NCBI GenBank assembly: GCA_903876875.1
Contig: CAIRBT010000130.1
Location: 9,431 to 73,430 of the forward strand
Origin: an uncultured Geobacteraceae bacterium
GTDB lineage: Bacteria; Desulfobacterota; Desulfuromonadia; Geobacterales; Pseudopelobacteraceae
DNA: 64,000 nucleotides
Reading direction: 5' to 3'
The first letter of the stretch is position 1. Each line of letters opens with the position of its first letter. Of the stretch, positions 45,988 through 55,480 are shown piece by piece. The notes beneath the pieces were generated by a model, which was not told the origin of the DNA, ran no database searches, and saw only the letters and a program-made list of their open reading frames with translations. A program made the position numbers and the translations under genes.

Positions 45988-47192
45988 TGACGCCCTCACA
46001 CCCCTCTGTTACCAGCGGATTAGCCGGTATGGGCGGAGTTATCAAGGCTTCCGTTGAGGATTTCCGGGTTGATGAAATTCCTTCATATCTCCCCTCCGGT
46101 TCCGGTGAACATTGCTATCTGACCATTGAAAAGCAGGGAATAACGACCCTGGAAGCCATCCATCGTATCGCAAAACAGCTCAAAATATCTGAGCGGGATA
46201 TCGGCTATGCCGGTATGAAAGATGCGGTTGGTATTACCCGACAGACCATATCTGTGCAGTGGCTGTCACCTGAAAAGGCCCGCGAAATCGAACTAGACGG
46301 AGTCAGAGTGGTTGGGGCTGCCCGTCATAGTAATAAGCTGAAACTGGGTCATCTCAAAGGGAACCGTTTCCGGATTGTTGTCAGAGGAGTCGAGGCAGCT
46401 GCAGCACAACTGGTGCAACCCATTGTGGACATCCTTTCTACTCGGGGGGTACCGAATTATTTCGGCTCTCAGCGCTATGGCGCCCAAGGTAATTCCCATC
46501 TGATCGGCATGGCACTGTTGCGTGGCGATTGGCAGGGGGCGGTGGATCGACTCATTGGTGACCCTGCTGCCGTTCGTGATGAACAGTGGTCGGCCGCTAT
46601 TGCTGCCTATGGTGCCGGTGCTCTTGAGGAAGCGTTACGTCTGTTTCCCCGCCACTGCCGGGGAGAGCGGGAGGTCTTGCAACGGTTAGTTGCTCGACCC
46701 GATGCTCCGGAAAAAGCCTTTTCCGTGCTGCATCCCCGTCTGAAGAAAATGTATCTTTCAGCTGCACAGTCGTTTCTCTTTGATGAGGTAGTGGCACGGC
46801 GTATAGATGCTCTTGATCGCATTATTACCGGAGATCTGGCGTACAAGCATGGTAACGGTGCCTGTTTTCTGGTGGAAGAGGGGGCGGTTGAGCAGGGGAG
46901 GTGTGAGCAGTTTGAAATATCCCCCAGTGGGCCGATGTTTGGCTGTAAGATGAAGCAACCGGCGGGAGAGGTGTGGCAGATGGAGGAAGAAATTCTTACC
47001 GCTGCCGGAATAACTTTAGCATCGTTTGATCTGCCGGGGGGCTTGCGCATGGAGGGGGAACGGAGGGCGTTGCGTGTGCCTCTGGAGGGTTTTTTATGGA
47101 AGTGTGAGAGTAATTGCCTGTCCCTGGAGTTTTCTCTGCCACGGGGTTCCTATGCGACGTCGGTGATGAGGGAGATTACCAAGGGGTTTTAG
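45984..47192 (+). CDS. truD: tRNA pseudouridine(13) synthase TruD
   Basis: ATGA overlap with the trmL stop. GGVIKASVEDFRVDE, YAGMKDAVGITRQ (GxKD catalytic Asp) and NYFGSQRYG. Confidence 0.9.
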   Translation: MMTPSHPSVTSGLAGMGGVIKASVEDFRVDEIPSYLPSGSGEHCYLTIEKQGITTLEAIHRIAKQLKISERDIGYAGMKDAVGITRQTISVQWLSPEKAREIELDGVRVVGAARHSNKLKLGHLKGNRFRIVVRGVEAAAAQLVQPIVDILSTRGVPNYFGSQRYGAQGNSHLIGMALLRGDWQGAVDRLIGDPAAVRDEQWSAAIAAYGAGALEEALRLFPRHCRGEREVLQRLVARPDAPEKAFSVLHPRLKKMYLSAAQSFLFDEVVARRIDALDRIITGDLAYKHGNGACFLVEEGAVEQGRCEQFEISPSGPMFGCKMKQPAGEVWQMEEEILTAAGITLASFDLPGGLRMEGERRALRVPLEGFLWKCESNCLSLEFSLPRGSYATSVMREITKGF

Positions 47193-47308
47193 GGGGGGGC
47201 GACCATAAATTAAAGGCGGGCGACCACATTCGAAGGGGGGCGACCACATTTAAAGGCGGGCGACCACATGGGGTCGCCCCTACGCACAGGCACCCCCATG
47301 GGGGTGCC
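47193..47308. repeat. Four 20-21-bp tandem repeats (GGGCGACCAYA core) followed by two GC-rich palindromes
   Basis: CGACCA recurs at 47200, 47221, 47241 and 47261. Hairpin GGGCGACC-acatgg-GGTCGCCC lies at 47258-47279. A perfect 20-nt palindrome GGCACCCCCATGGGGGTGCC lies at 47289-47308. The block sits between the convergent truD and ackA genes. Confidence 0.85.
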
Positions 47309-47322
47309 CCCATTCGGTCTCC

Positions 47323-48588
47323 TTATTTCCTGACGAAATCATCCTTGGCAAATGAATAGGCAAAATGCATGTGATCGGTGTAGGTACCGTTCAGGATGCC
47401 GACGACATCTTCCGTAAAGACTAACTCTTCATCGGTCGGAATGACATAGACTTTTACCGGTGAATCATCGGTGGTGATGAGGGTTTCCCGTTTCCTGGTC
47501 ATGGCACTCTTGTTACGGTCGTGATCAATGATGATGCCGATATGGTCGAGTCCTTCAATGGCCATTTCGCGGATTGCCGCCCCCATCTCACCAACTCCGG
47601 CGGTAAAGACGACCGCGTCAAGTTTACCAACCACAGCCATAAAGGCACCGATATATTTTTTCAGACGATATGCTTCAATTTCCAGTGATAACTTGCACCG
47701 TTTATCCCCCGCGTTGGCATGTTCAATAACATCACGGCGGTCGGTAAAGCGACCGGTAATCCCCATAACACCACTTTTCTTGTTGAGGATACTGTCAATT
47801 TCCTTGGCCGACAGGTTGTTTTTCTGCATCATGAACGCTGGGATTGCCGGGTCAATGTCACCACAGCGGGTTCCCATGACTGCGCCTTCAAGGGGGGTGA
47901 GCCCCATGGTGGTGTCAACGGAAATACCGTTTTTGATGGCGCAGTGTGAAACACCGTTGCCGATATGCATGGTGACGATGTTGGTCTCTTTCGGATCCTT
48001 GCCGAGCAGAACGGCTGCCCGTTTGGAAACGTAGAGGTGGGACGTGCCATGAAAGCCGTAGCGACGTACCTGATGCTGTTCATACCACTCGTAGGGGAGG
48101 GGGTAGATATAGGCCTTCTCCGGCATGGTCTGGTGGAAGGCGGTGTCAAAAATGGCAACATGGGGAACTTTCGGCATTAAGGTCTGAGCCGCTTCGATTC
48201 CTTCGATGTTGGGAGGGTTATGGAGGGGAGCTAGATGCTGAACTTCCTTGACCGCATCAAGAACGTTTTCATCGATGAGTACGGAACAGGTGAATTTCTC
48301 ACCTCCATGGACAACCCGGTGACCAACTGCCGAAATCTGATCAACCCCCTTTAATACTCCGTGGTGAGGATCGGTGACCGTCTTGATGACCAGGTCGATG
48401 GCTTCCTTATGATTGGCACAGTCCTGCTCATGGATATAGTTTTCCCGGCCCGGAATTTCATGCTGAATAAAAGAACCTCCCACAATAACCCGTTCTACCA
48501 TTCCTTTTGCGACTACTTCCATCTTCTGCCAGTCGAAAAGCTGATATTTTACCGAAGAACTTCCACAGTTTAGTGCCATGATAATCAT
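47323..48588 (-). CDS. ackA: Acetate kinase
   Basis: MIIMALNCGSSSVKYQLF N-terminus, RYGFHGTSH and the EMGAAIRE region. Alternative starts are 48600 and 48579. Confidence 0.93.
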   Translation of the reverse strand: MIIMALNCGSSSVKYQLFDWQKMEVVAKGMVERVIVGGSFIQHEIPGRENYIHEQDCANHKEAIDLVIKTVTDPHHGVLKGVDQISAVGHRVVHGGEKFTCSVLIDENVLDAVKEVQHLAPLHNPPNIEGIEAAQTLMPKVPHVAIFDTAFHQTMPEKAYIYPLPYEWYEQHQVRRYGFHGTSHLYVSKRAAVLLGKDPKETNIVTMHIGNGVSHCAIKNGISVDTTMGLTPLEGAVMGTRCGDIDPAIPAFMMQKNNLSAKEIDSILNKKSGVMGITGRFTDRRDVIEHANAGDKRCKLSLEIEAYRLKKYIGAFMAVVGKLDAVVFTAGVGEMGAAIREMAIEGLDHIGIIIDHDRNKSAMTRKRETLITTDDSPVKVYVIPTDEELVFTEDVVGILNGTYTDHMHFAYSFAKDDFVRK

Positions 48589-48830
48589 ATGTGCCCCCAT
48601 ATATTTGTGATTATTGAGTTATAATCTTAATAAAAAAAATAACATCTGACTTAAAATAACTAGCTGTAATAAAACTGTTTTTGATATATACACGTATCGT
48701 GAAATGAATTCAACAAAATATATGAGGAGAGATTTAACGGAGTACAATTTCTTTACTGGACATTTAAAATCCGGTATGGTACATCACAGACGCTTCCGAA
48801 AGGAAGCACATCTTACAAGGAGGTGACATT

Positions 48831-48998
48831 GTGGCCCATTCAATTACTGATGATTGCACTAGTTGTGCAGCATGTGAGGATTCCTGTCCGGTTAATGCTA
48901 TCAGCGAGCAGGGTGCAAAACGTGCTATTGACGCCGATATTTGCATCGACTGCGGAGCATGCGTTGATACTTGTCCCGTAAGCGCTATCCACGCGTAA
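48831..48998 (+). CDS. 2x[4Fe-4S] ferredoxin (55 aa), not in the supplied ORF track
   Basis: AGGAGG lies 5-6 nt before GTG 48831. Translation: VAHSITDDCTSCAACEDSCPVNAISEQGAKRAIDADICIDCGACVDTCPVSAIHA, with two CxxCxxCxxxCP motifs. TAA at 48996-48998, and a strong terminator follows. Confidence 0.88.
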   Translation: MAHSITDDCTSCAACEDSCPVNAISEQGAKRAIDADICIDCGACVDTCPVSAIHA

Positions 48999-49019
48999 GC
49001 AACAGTGACATCAACAACT

Positions 49020-49050
49020 AAAAAAGCCCGTGAAATTCACGGGCTTTTTT
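49020..49050. terminator. Bidirectional rho-independent terminator
   Basis: AAAAAA-GCCCGTG-aaatt-CACGGGC-TTTTTT between the convergent ferredoxin and queH genes. Confidence 0.8.
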
Positions 49051-49060
49051 AGTTGTAGAG

Positions 49061-49588
49061 CTATTTCGCGTACCGCTCCTTTTCACTGTAGATACAGCCA
49101 CAGTACTGCTGGCGATACAGTCCCTGCTCCCGTGATAATTTGATTCCCTCCTGCCATCCTGGTCGAAAATCCTCGTAATAAAAGGTCACGCCCTGGTCTG
49201 CGCCAATCTGTTCACCCAAGCGGCGAATTTCCTCATGCTTCTGATATCTGCTGTAAAGGAGAGAGACGGTAAATGCGTCAAATCCTCCCGCTGCGGCCGT
49301 CTTTGCCGTGGCCGTCATGCGGGAAGCATAGCAGTAGCTGCAGCGCGTGGCGGGGTCGCCAGCCACGTTGGCAAGAAATCCTTCGAGATCGTAGTCGTCG
49401 TGCAGCACGAGGGGGAGCTGTTGTTGCTCCGCCATCTGAAGGGCGGCATCGCGGCGTTTGGCGTATTCCTGATAGGGGTGAATGTTGTGGTTATAGAAAA
49501 AGCCGGTAACCTCATGCCCCGCTTCCCGCAGCTTTTTGAGGGGAAACAGGGCACAGGGACCGCAACAGATGTGGAGCAGTAGTTTCAT
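49061..49588 (-). CDS. queH: Epoxyqueuosine reductase QueH (DUF208)
   Basis: LLLHICCGPCA N-terminus and C-terminal YRQQYCGC. Confidence 0.88.
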   Translation of the reverse strand: MKLLLHICCGPCALFPLKKLREAGHEVTGFFYNHNIHPYQEYAKRRDAALQMAEQQQLPLVLHDDYDLEGFLANVAGDPATRCSYCYASRMTATAKTAAAGGFDAFTVSLLYSRYQKHEEIRRLGEQIGADQGVTFYYEDFRPGWQEGIKLSREQGLYRQQYCGCIYSEKERYAK

Positions 49589-50794
49589 TTAGAGATTTCC
49601 CAGCAGATGTCCCATTTTTTCGCGTTTCGTTTCCAGATAATCTCGATTGGTGTCGGTCGGTTCGGACTCAATGGAAAGACGCTCAACAATGTCAATGCCG
49701 TACCCCTGGAGGCCGATGAGCTTTTTCGGATTATTGGTCAGCAGACGTACCTTGGTGATGCCCAGTGCCAATAATATCTGGGCACCGATGCCATAGTCAC
49801 GCAGATCGGCCTTGAAGCCCAGTTCAATATTCGCTTCCACCGTATCCCGACCACGATCCTGCAGTTCGTAGGCTCGCAGTTTATTGACCAGGCCGATGCC
49901 GCGCCCCTCCTGTCGCATATAGAGAATGACACCGCTCCCTTCGGCGGCAATCTGTTCCATGGCCGAATGGAGCTGGGCACCACAGTCACAGCGCTGGCTT
50001 CCCAGGACATCACCGGTCAGACATTCGGAGTGAACCCGCACCAGTACCGGTTGATCGTTGCGCAAATCACCCTTTACCAGTGCAATATGTTCCAGTTTGT
50101 CAATGTCATTTTCAAAGCCGATGGCTCGCCATTCACCACCAAAGGAAGAGGGGAGTCGTGCCTCGGCAACAGTGCGTACCAGACGTTCGTTTTTAAGGCG
50201 ATAGGCCACCAGATCGGCGATGGTGCAGATTTTAATGTTGTGCTCTTTGGCGAAGACCTTCAGTTCAGGCATACGGGCCATCGTACCGTCATCATTCATA
50301 ATCTCACAGATGACACCGGCCGGTTTCATACCGGCAAGCCGTGCCAGATCCACCGAACCTTCGGTCTGTCCCAGGCGCACCAACACTCCACCCCTCCGTG
50401 CTTTCAGGGGGAAAATGTGCCCCGGACTCACCAGGTCAGCAGCACTGGCACCGTCGGCCACCGCCGTGACTATGGTATGGGCGCGGTCGGCTGCTGAGAT
50501 ACCGGTAGTAACGCCATGTTTTGCCTCGATAGAGACGGTGAAGGCGGTCTCAAAGGGGGAGGTGTTGTCACGAACCATGGGACGCAGTCCCAAATCATCA
50601 CACTTCTCCGGCGTCAGGGTGAGGCAGATGAGTCCTCTGCCATATTTTGCCATAAAGTTGATGTTCTCCGGGGTAGCCGCTTCGGCGGCCAGGGTCAGAT
50701 CCCCCTCATTTTCGCGGTCTTCATCATCAACCAGAATAACCATTTTGCCCTGGCGAATGTCTTCAATAGCTTCTGCAATGGATGCAACGGACAT
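49589..50794 (-). CDS. ribBA: Bifunctional 3,4-dihydroxy-2-butanone-4-phosphate synthase / GTP cyclohydrolase II
   Basis: [11 protein letters not shown] (RibB) and [21 protein letters not shown] (RibA). Confidence 0.95.
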   Translation of the reverse strand: MSVASIAEAIEDIRQGKMVILVDDEDRENEGDLTLAAEAATPENINFMAKYGRGLICLTLTPEKCDDLGLRPMVRDNTSPFETAFTVSIEAKHGVTTGISAADRAHTIVTAVADGASAADLVSPGHIFPLKARRGGVLVRLGQTEGSVDLARLAGMKPAGVICEIMNDDGTMARMPELKVFAKEHNIKICTIADLVAYRLKNERLVRTVAEARLPSSFGGEWRAIGFENDIDKLEHIALVKGDLRNDQPVLVRVHSECLTGDVLGSQRCDCGAQLHSAMEQIAAEGSGVILYMRQEGRGIGLVNKLRAYELQDRGRDTVEANIELGFKADLRDYGIGAQILLALGITKVRLLTNNPKKLIGLQGYGIDIVERLSIESEPTDTNRDYLETKREKMGHLLGNL

Positions 50795-50821
50795 AAACGT
50801 TCCTTTCAGTGTGTGTGCGTG

Positions 50822-51463
50822 TCAGATAAATCCGTTTTCAGCGAGGGTCTTCATGGTAAGCCCCCCCTCCGGTTTCCAGGGGGCCGTCAACCGTTCCACA
50901 TACTTGCCGATAATATCGGTTTCGATATTAACCCGGTCTCCGATAGTCAGCTGTTTTAGCGTGGTATTGCCATAGGTGTGCGGAATTATATTGACGGTAA
51001 AGCTTTCCCGTGCAACCTCATTGACGGTCAGACTGATGCCGTCGATGGTTACCGAGCCCTTTTCCACCAGGTAGCGGCAGTGGTCGGGGGGGATAGTGAA
51101 CTGGAGTTGATGGTTACCGGAGCGGCTGTCACAGCGAGTAAGACGACCGGTGCAATCCACATGCCCCGCCACTATATGCCCGCCAAAACGATCACCCAGC
51201 CTGAGTGCCCGCTCCAGATTAACCGATGTGCCAGTTCCCATGGTACCGATGGTGGTACGGGTCAAGCTCTCCGGAGAGACATCAAAGGTTAAAGAGCGGC
51301 TACTGCGGGCGGTGACGGTTAAACAGGCACCATTGACGGCGACAGAATCGCCAAGGGCAATGTCTCCGGTCGGCAGTGCCGTGTCAACGGTGAGCAGTGC
51401 GGCCTCTCCACGGTGGAGTAAGGCTGTAACCCTGCCGGTGTCTTCAATTAATCCTGTAAACAT
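50822..51463 (-). CDS. ribE: Riboflavin synthase alpha chain
   Basis: The true start is [10 protein letters not shown] at M54 of the ORF. Duplicated barrel repeats ([13 protein letters not shown] / [12 protein letters not shown]). 16-nt overlap with the ribD stop. Confidence 0.93.
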   Translation of the reverse strand: MFTGLIEDTGRVTALLHRGEAALLTVDTALPTGDIALGDSVAVNGACLTVTARSSRSLTFDVSPESLTRTTIGTMGTGTSVNLERALRLGDRFGGHIVAGHVDCTGRLTRCDSRSGNHQLQFTIPPDHCRYLVEKGSVTIDGISLTVNEVARESFTVNIIPHTYGNTTLKQLTIGDRVNIETDIIGKYVERLTAPWKPEGGLTMKTLAENGFI

Positions 51464-52551
51464 CTGTTCTCCGGATATGCGGTGACCATGATATCGGTAC
51501 CGACACGGCGTGATTTCAGGGTAGAAAATGGTATGGCCTCGGCCATTGTGGTACTGCCGCTGATGCCGAACGGCGAAATACCATCGGCACCGACAACTTT
51601 TGGGGCGTAGAAAAAGACACATTCATTAATCAGCCCCCGCTTGAGTGCTTCACCTGCCAGACGACTGCCCCCCTCAAGGAGCAGAGATTGGATGCCGCGA
51701 GTGCCGAGCTTATCCCACAGATCACCAAGATCAACTTTTCCGTCACAGCTCTTGCAGACCACGAGTTCCATTCCCCGGGCAAGAAAGCGGGCTTGATGCT
51801 CCGGTGCCGATTCTGTCGTTGCTATCAGGGTGCCAGGAGCCAGGTCGGCCGACAGCAGGGCGGCATGTTCGGGGGTACGGAGGTGGCTATCCACCACAAT
51901 CCGCAATGGATCATTGCCGGTCACATGGCGCACTGTCAGACGGGGGTCATCGGCAATCACGGTGCCCACACCCACCATAATGGCCTTACAGGTGGCACGC
52001 AGCCGATGCACCAGAGTACGGGACGCTTCGCAGCTGATCCAGCGGGAGTCCCCCGTAGCTGAGGCAATTTTTCCGTCCAGAGACATAGCACATTTCATGA
52101 TGGTGTGGGGGCGACCGGTGGCCATAAACTTCATAAAAGCCCGATTCAACTCCTGGCATTTCTCTTCGAGAAGACCGACGACGGTTGTAATACCGGCCTG
52201 TTGCAAGGCATGAATACCGTTACCGTTCACCCGTGGGTTTGGATCACCGCTGCCAATAAACACCCGTGCAACCCCGGCTCGAAGTAATGCGTCACAGCAG
52301 GGAGGAGTCCGCCCGGTATGGCTGCACGGTTCCAGGGTAACATAGACATCGGCACCGGCAGCGTTACTGCCGGCCATGGCGAGAGCGTGTACCTCGGCGT
52401 GGTGTCCACCGGCCCGTTTATGCCACCCTTCACCTATAATCACACCCTCTTTGACGATGACACAGCCGACCGCCGGATTCGGATAGGTCGTACCGACACC
52501 CCGTCGAGCCAACGTGAGGGCACGCTTCATGTAGAGTTCATCTTGCGTCAT
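51448..52551 (-). CDS. ribD: Bifunctional riboflavin-biosynthesis deaminase/reductase
   Basis: HAEVHAL and PCSHTGRTPPC deaminase zinc motifs, plus a C-terminal reductase domain. Confidence 0.95.
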   Translation of the reverse strand: MTQDELYMKRALTLARRGVGTTYPNPAVGCVIVKEGVIIGEGWHKRAGGHHAEVHALAMAGSNAAGADVYVTLEPCSHTGRTPPCCDALLRAGVARVFIGSGDPNPRVNGNGIHALQQAGITTVVGLLEEKCQELNRAFMKFMATGRPHTIMKCAMSLDGKIASATGDSRWISCEASRTLVHRLRATCKAIMVGVGTVIADDPRLTVRHVTGNDPLRIVVDSHLRTPEHAALLSADLAPGTLIATTESAPEHQARFLARGMELVVCKSCDGKVDLGDLWDKLGTRGIQSLLLEGGSRLAGEALKRGLINECVFFYAPKVVGADGISPFGISGSTTMAEAIPFSTLKSRRVGTDIMVTAYPENRCLQD

Positions 52552-52556
52552 TATCG

Positions 52557-53009
52557 TTATCTCTTCAGCAGATCCTGCAGTTCCTGCATGAACTCACCGA
52601 TGTCACGGAACGAGCGATACACCGAGGCAAACCGTACATAGGCCACTTCATCCATGCCATGCAGCTCTTTCATAAGCCACTCACCAATGGCGGTGGTGGT
52701 TATTTCCTTATCGGTTGATTCCTGTAAGCCGGTTTCCAGCTTGTCCACCATATGCTCGATGGCTTCCACCGGAATGGGACGCTTTTCACAGGCTTTCTTG
52801 ATTCCGGATATGATTTTCATGCGGTCGAACGGTTCCCGGCGCCCATCTTTTTTACAGACCTGGGGGAGCATTTCCTCAATCCGTTCGTGAGTCGTGAAGC
52901 GTTTCGCACACTCTTCGCACTCCCGGCGACGACGAATCGCCGTCCCCCCCTTGTCGGGGCGTGAGTCGATTACCTTGCTGTCAGGATTGCCGCAGAAGGG
53001 ACATTTCAT
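52557..53009 (-). CDS. nrdR: Transcriptional repressor NrdR (zinc ribbon + ATP-cone)
   Basis: MKCPFCG...DSKVIDSRP...[12 protein letters not shown]-cone with AYVRFASVY. Confidence 0.95.
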   Translation of the reverse strand: MKCPFCGNPDSKVIDSRPDKGGTAIRRRRECEECAKRFTTHERIEEMLPQVCKKDGRREPFDRMKIISGIKKACEKRPIPVEAIEHMVDKLETGLQESTDKEITTTAIGEWLMKELHGMDEVAYVRFASVYRSFRDIGEFMQELQDLLKR

Positions 53010-53473
53010 AGGGTTTGCTCCGCCGGGGGCGGGGAAAACTGAATAACTTCAATGGCCGCTTCGGCAATCATTTCCCGTGCCAGTTCGTCGGTGTACCCCT
53101 CTCCATAAATCACGGTTTTGATACCGGCATTAATAATCATCTTGGTACAGATGATACAGGGCATGGTGGTGCAGTAGAGTGTGGCACCATTAATGGTGGT
53201 ACCATGTTTGGCGGCCTGAATTATGGCGTTCTGCTCGGCGTGGAGTCCACGACAGAGTTCATGGCGTTCTCCGGAAGGGACACCAAGCTTGGCACGCAGA
53301 CAGCCGGTCGCCTCGCAATGGGTGATGCCCGACGGCACACCGTTATAGCCGGTGGCGAGAATATTACGATCTTTCACCAGTAAGGCACCTACTTGGCGGC
53401 GCATACATGATGAACGGGTCGCCACCAGGTGGGTGATGTCCATGAAATATTGATCCCAGGATGGTCGTGGCAT
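53006..53473 (-). CDS. dCMP deaminase (ComEB/CMP-dCMP deaminase zinc-binding family)
   Basis: HAEQNAI and PCIICTKMI motifs. ATGA overlap with nrdR. Confidence 0.88.
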   Translation of the reverse strand: MPRPSWDQYFMDITHLVATRSSCMRRQVGALLVKDRNILATGYNGVPSGITHCEATGCLRAKLGVPSGERHELCRGLHAEQNAIIQAAKHGTTINGATLYCTTMPCIICTKMIINAGIKTVIYGEGYTDELAREMIAEAAIEVIQFSPPPAEQTL

Positions 53474-53655
53474 GGGGTGGTTAATTCCTTTCGCAGAGCC
53501 GAAATAATTTCATAAAGTACCTTACTCTGCTGTTGAGGTCAATATTGTAACCGTTTTTTTATCGTTTATTCTGGTGGTGCGACGGTTGTTTTTGTATTAT
53601 AATTCTCACATTGAACGTTATAGGCTGTTTTTCCATCAGAAAAGAGGTATCAACC

Positions 53656-55359
53656 GTGTCCCAGCAGCAACCTCAAAGTCGGATTCTGCTCGTTGATGAT
53701 GAAGAAGGAATCCGTTTTACCTTTGGTACCTTATTACGAAAAGAGGGGTATCTTGTCGAGTCTGCCGCAGATGTGGGGGAAGCCAGGAGGCTGCTCGGAA
53801 ATAATCGTTTTGACCTTGCTTTTCTTGATATTACTCTTGCCGGTGAGAATGGCCTTGACTTGTTGCGGGAGATTAAGGCCTTGGATAGTGATGTTCAGGT
53901 GGTTATGTTTACCGGTGCCCCCAAGCTGGAATCTGCCGTTGAAGCGGTAAGGCTTGGTGCCTTCGATTACATCACCAAGCCGGTTCGCTATGAAACGTTG
54001 ATTGCCGTAACCCGCCACGCCTTGAGTAGCAAGTATTTCAATGACGAGCGGGAACGCAACCGGGCCAATCTCGATGCTATTTTTCGTACGGTTTCCGACA
54101 GTATTCTCATGGTTGACCAGAACGGTTGTCTTGTCCAGTTTAACAGCACGGCTGAGAGGATATGCGGCTATCGGTCAGATCTATTGGGAACCAAAGCGGC
54201 GGCTATCAAGCTTGGTTGTGGTGGAGAATGTACTTCTCTGTTGTTGGAAGTCTTGGAAGGAAAAAGCTCTCGTGAGTTGAAGAGGATTGAGTGCCGACCA
54301 TCTGTGGGAAAAACCAGGGTAGTGACGGTGACAGCAACACCGGTTGTTGAAAACGATGGCGATATCAGCGGTGCCGTGGCGGTTATTCGTGATGAAACGG
54401 CTCTGGTGGAACTGGAGCGCACCCAGCATCTCCGGGGACAATTCCATGCCATTGTGGGGGCTTCAGCTGTGATGCAGCGGGTCTACTCAATGATTGAATC
54501 TCTTGCCAACCTGCCAACAACGGTGCTGATTTTTGGAGAGAGCGGTACCGGAAAAGAGTTAGTAGCTGCTGCGCTCCATGAAAGCGGCAGTCGCTCAAAG
54601 GGGCCGTTTGTCAAGGTAAACTGTTCGGCTCTTTCGGAACATCTGCTGGAAAGCGAGCTGTTTGGCCATGTACGGGGAGCGTTCACCGGTGCCATTGCCG
54701 ATAAAGTCGGTCGCTTCCAAAAAGCCCACGGCGGTACGCTCTTTCTCGATGAAATTGGTGATATTTCCCCTGCCATCCAGATGCGGCTGTTACGGGTTTT
54801 GCAGGAAAGTGAATTTGAGCGGGTCGGGGAATCCCATTCCATTAAAGTAAATGTGCGTATTATTGCTGCCTCAAACCAGAATCTGGCCGAGCGGGTGGCT
54901 CAGGGACTTTTTCGACAGGATCTCTATTACCGGCTCAATGTGGTGCGTCTCGATCTGCCGCCGCTGAGGAGTCGCCGCGACGATCTTGAATTACTGGTTG
55001 CCCATTTTCTGGTAAAATTCAATAACCTTTTTTCCAAAGAGGTTACGGCCGTTTCCCATGACGTAATGGCACTTTTCACGCACTATGAATGGCCAGGCAA
55101 TATTCGTGAGCTTGAGCACGCCATTGAACATGCCTGTATTCTCAGTAAATCTTCTATTCTTTCCATTGAAGACCTTCCTCAGGACCTCCGGGAAACGGTA
55201 CCAGTGCTGGCGGTTTCCGATTCCGTTGTTACTGCTGCGGATACCACTAAACTTACAATTGAAGAAGCTCTGGCGGCTGCGGGGGGGAATAAGGCACGGG
55301 CTGCAAAAATGCTTGGTATCAGTCGCATGACCCTCTATCGTCAGTTAGAAACTAAATAG
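53656..55359 (+). CDS. Sigma-54-dependent response regulator (REC-PAS-AAA+-Fis HTH; NtrC family)
   Basis: AAGAGG lies 8 nt before GTG 53656. ILLVDDEEG...LDITL REC domain, a PAS block, GESGTGKE, GAFTGA, ESELFGH and C-terminal AAKMLGISRMTLYRQL. Confidence 0.92.
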   Translation: MSQQQPQSRILLVDDEEGIRFTFGTLLRKEGYLVESAADVGEARRLLGNNRFDLAFLDITLAGENGLDLLREIKALDSDVQVVMFTGAPKLESAVEAVRLGAFDYITKPVRYETLIAVTRHALSSKYFNDERERNRANLDAIFRTVSDSILMVDQNGCLVQFNSTAERICGYRSDLLGTKAAAIKLGCGGECTSLLLEVLEGKSSRELKRIECRPSVGKTRVVTVTATPVVENDGDISGAVAVIRDETALVELERTQHLRGQFHAIVGASAVMQRVYSMIESLANLPTTVLIFGESGTGKELVAAALHESGSRSKGPFVKVNCSALSEHLLESELFGHVRGAFTGAIADKVGRFQKAHGGTLFLDEIGDISPAIQMRLLRVLQESEFERVGESHSIKVNVRIIAASNQNLAERVAQGLFRQDLYYRLNVVRLDLPPLRSRRDDLELLVAHFLVKFNNLFSKEVTAVSHDVMALFTHYEWPGNIRELEHAIEHACILSKSSILSIEDLPQDLRETVPVLAVSDSVVTAADTTKLTIEEALAAAGGNKARAAKMLGISRMTLYRQLETK

Positions 55360-55394
55360 TGTCACATGTTACACGCTGTGTGTCACATGTGACA
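55360..55394. promoter_or_regulatory. Two phased palindromes TGTCACATGT(T/G)ACA (candidate enhancer-binding sites)
   Basis: TGTCACATGTTACA at 55360-55373 and the perfect palindrome TGTCACATGTGACA at 55381-55394, 21 bp apart. A third half-site, TGTTACAT, lies at 55412-55419. They sit about 95-120 bp upstream of the -24/-12 element. Confidence 0.5.
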
Positions 55395-55480
55395 TGTTTA
55401 GAAACAACAAATGTTACATTTCATATTTCCACATAATAATTAATACGTCGTAATAAATTTATAAACCACTAATAAATATA

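Noticed and set aside
47114-47359. 81-aa ORF spanning the truD 3' end, the tandem repeats and the ackA 3' end.
   Set aside because: Its sequence (…GGRPHGVAPTHRHPHGGAP…) is simply the translation of the GC-rich repeats and palindromes, and it overlaps two real genes.
50220-50975. 251-aa plus-strand ORF across ribBA/ribE. Also 49967..50497 and 50516..50959.
   Set aside because: Antisense to conserved riboflavin genes. The Ser/Pro/Ala-rich composition indicates a shadow frame.
53575-53590. Sigma-54-like TGGTGC-N5-TTGT element upstream of the EBP gene.
   Set aside because: The -12 element has GT rather than the near-invariant GC, and the -24 element is also off consensus. A TATAAT hexamer at 53598-53603 suggests an ordinary sigma-70 promoter instead.
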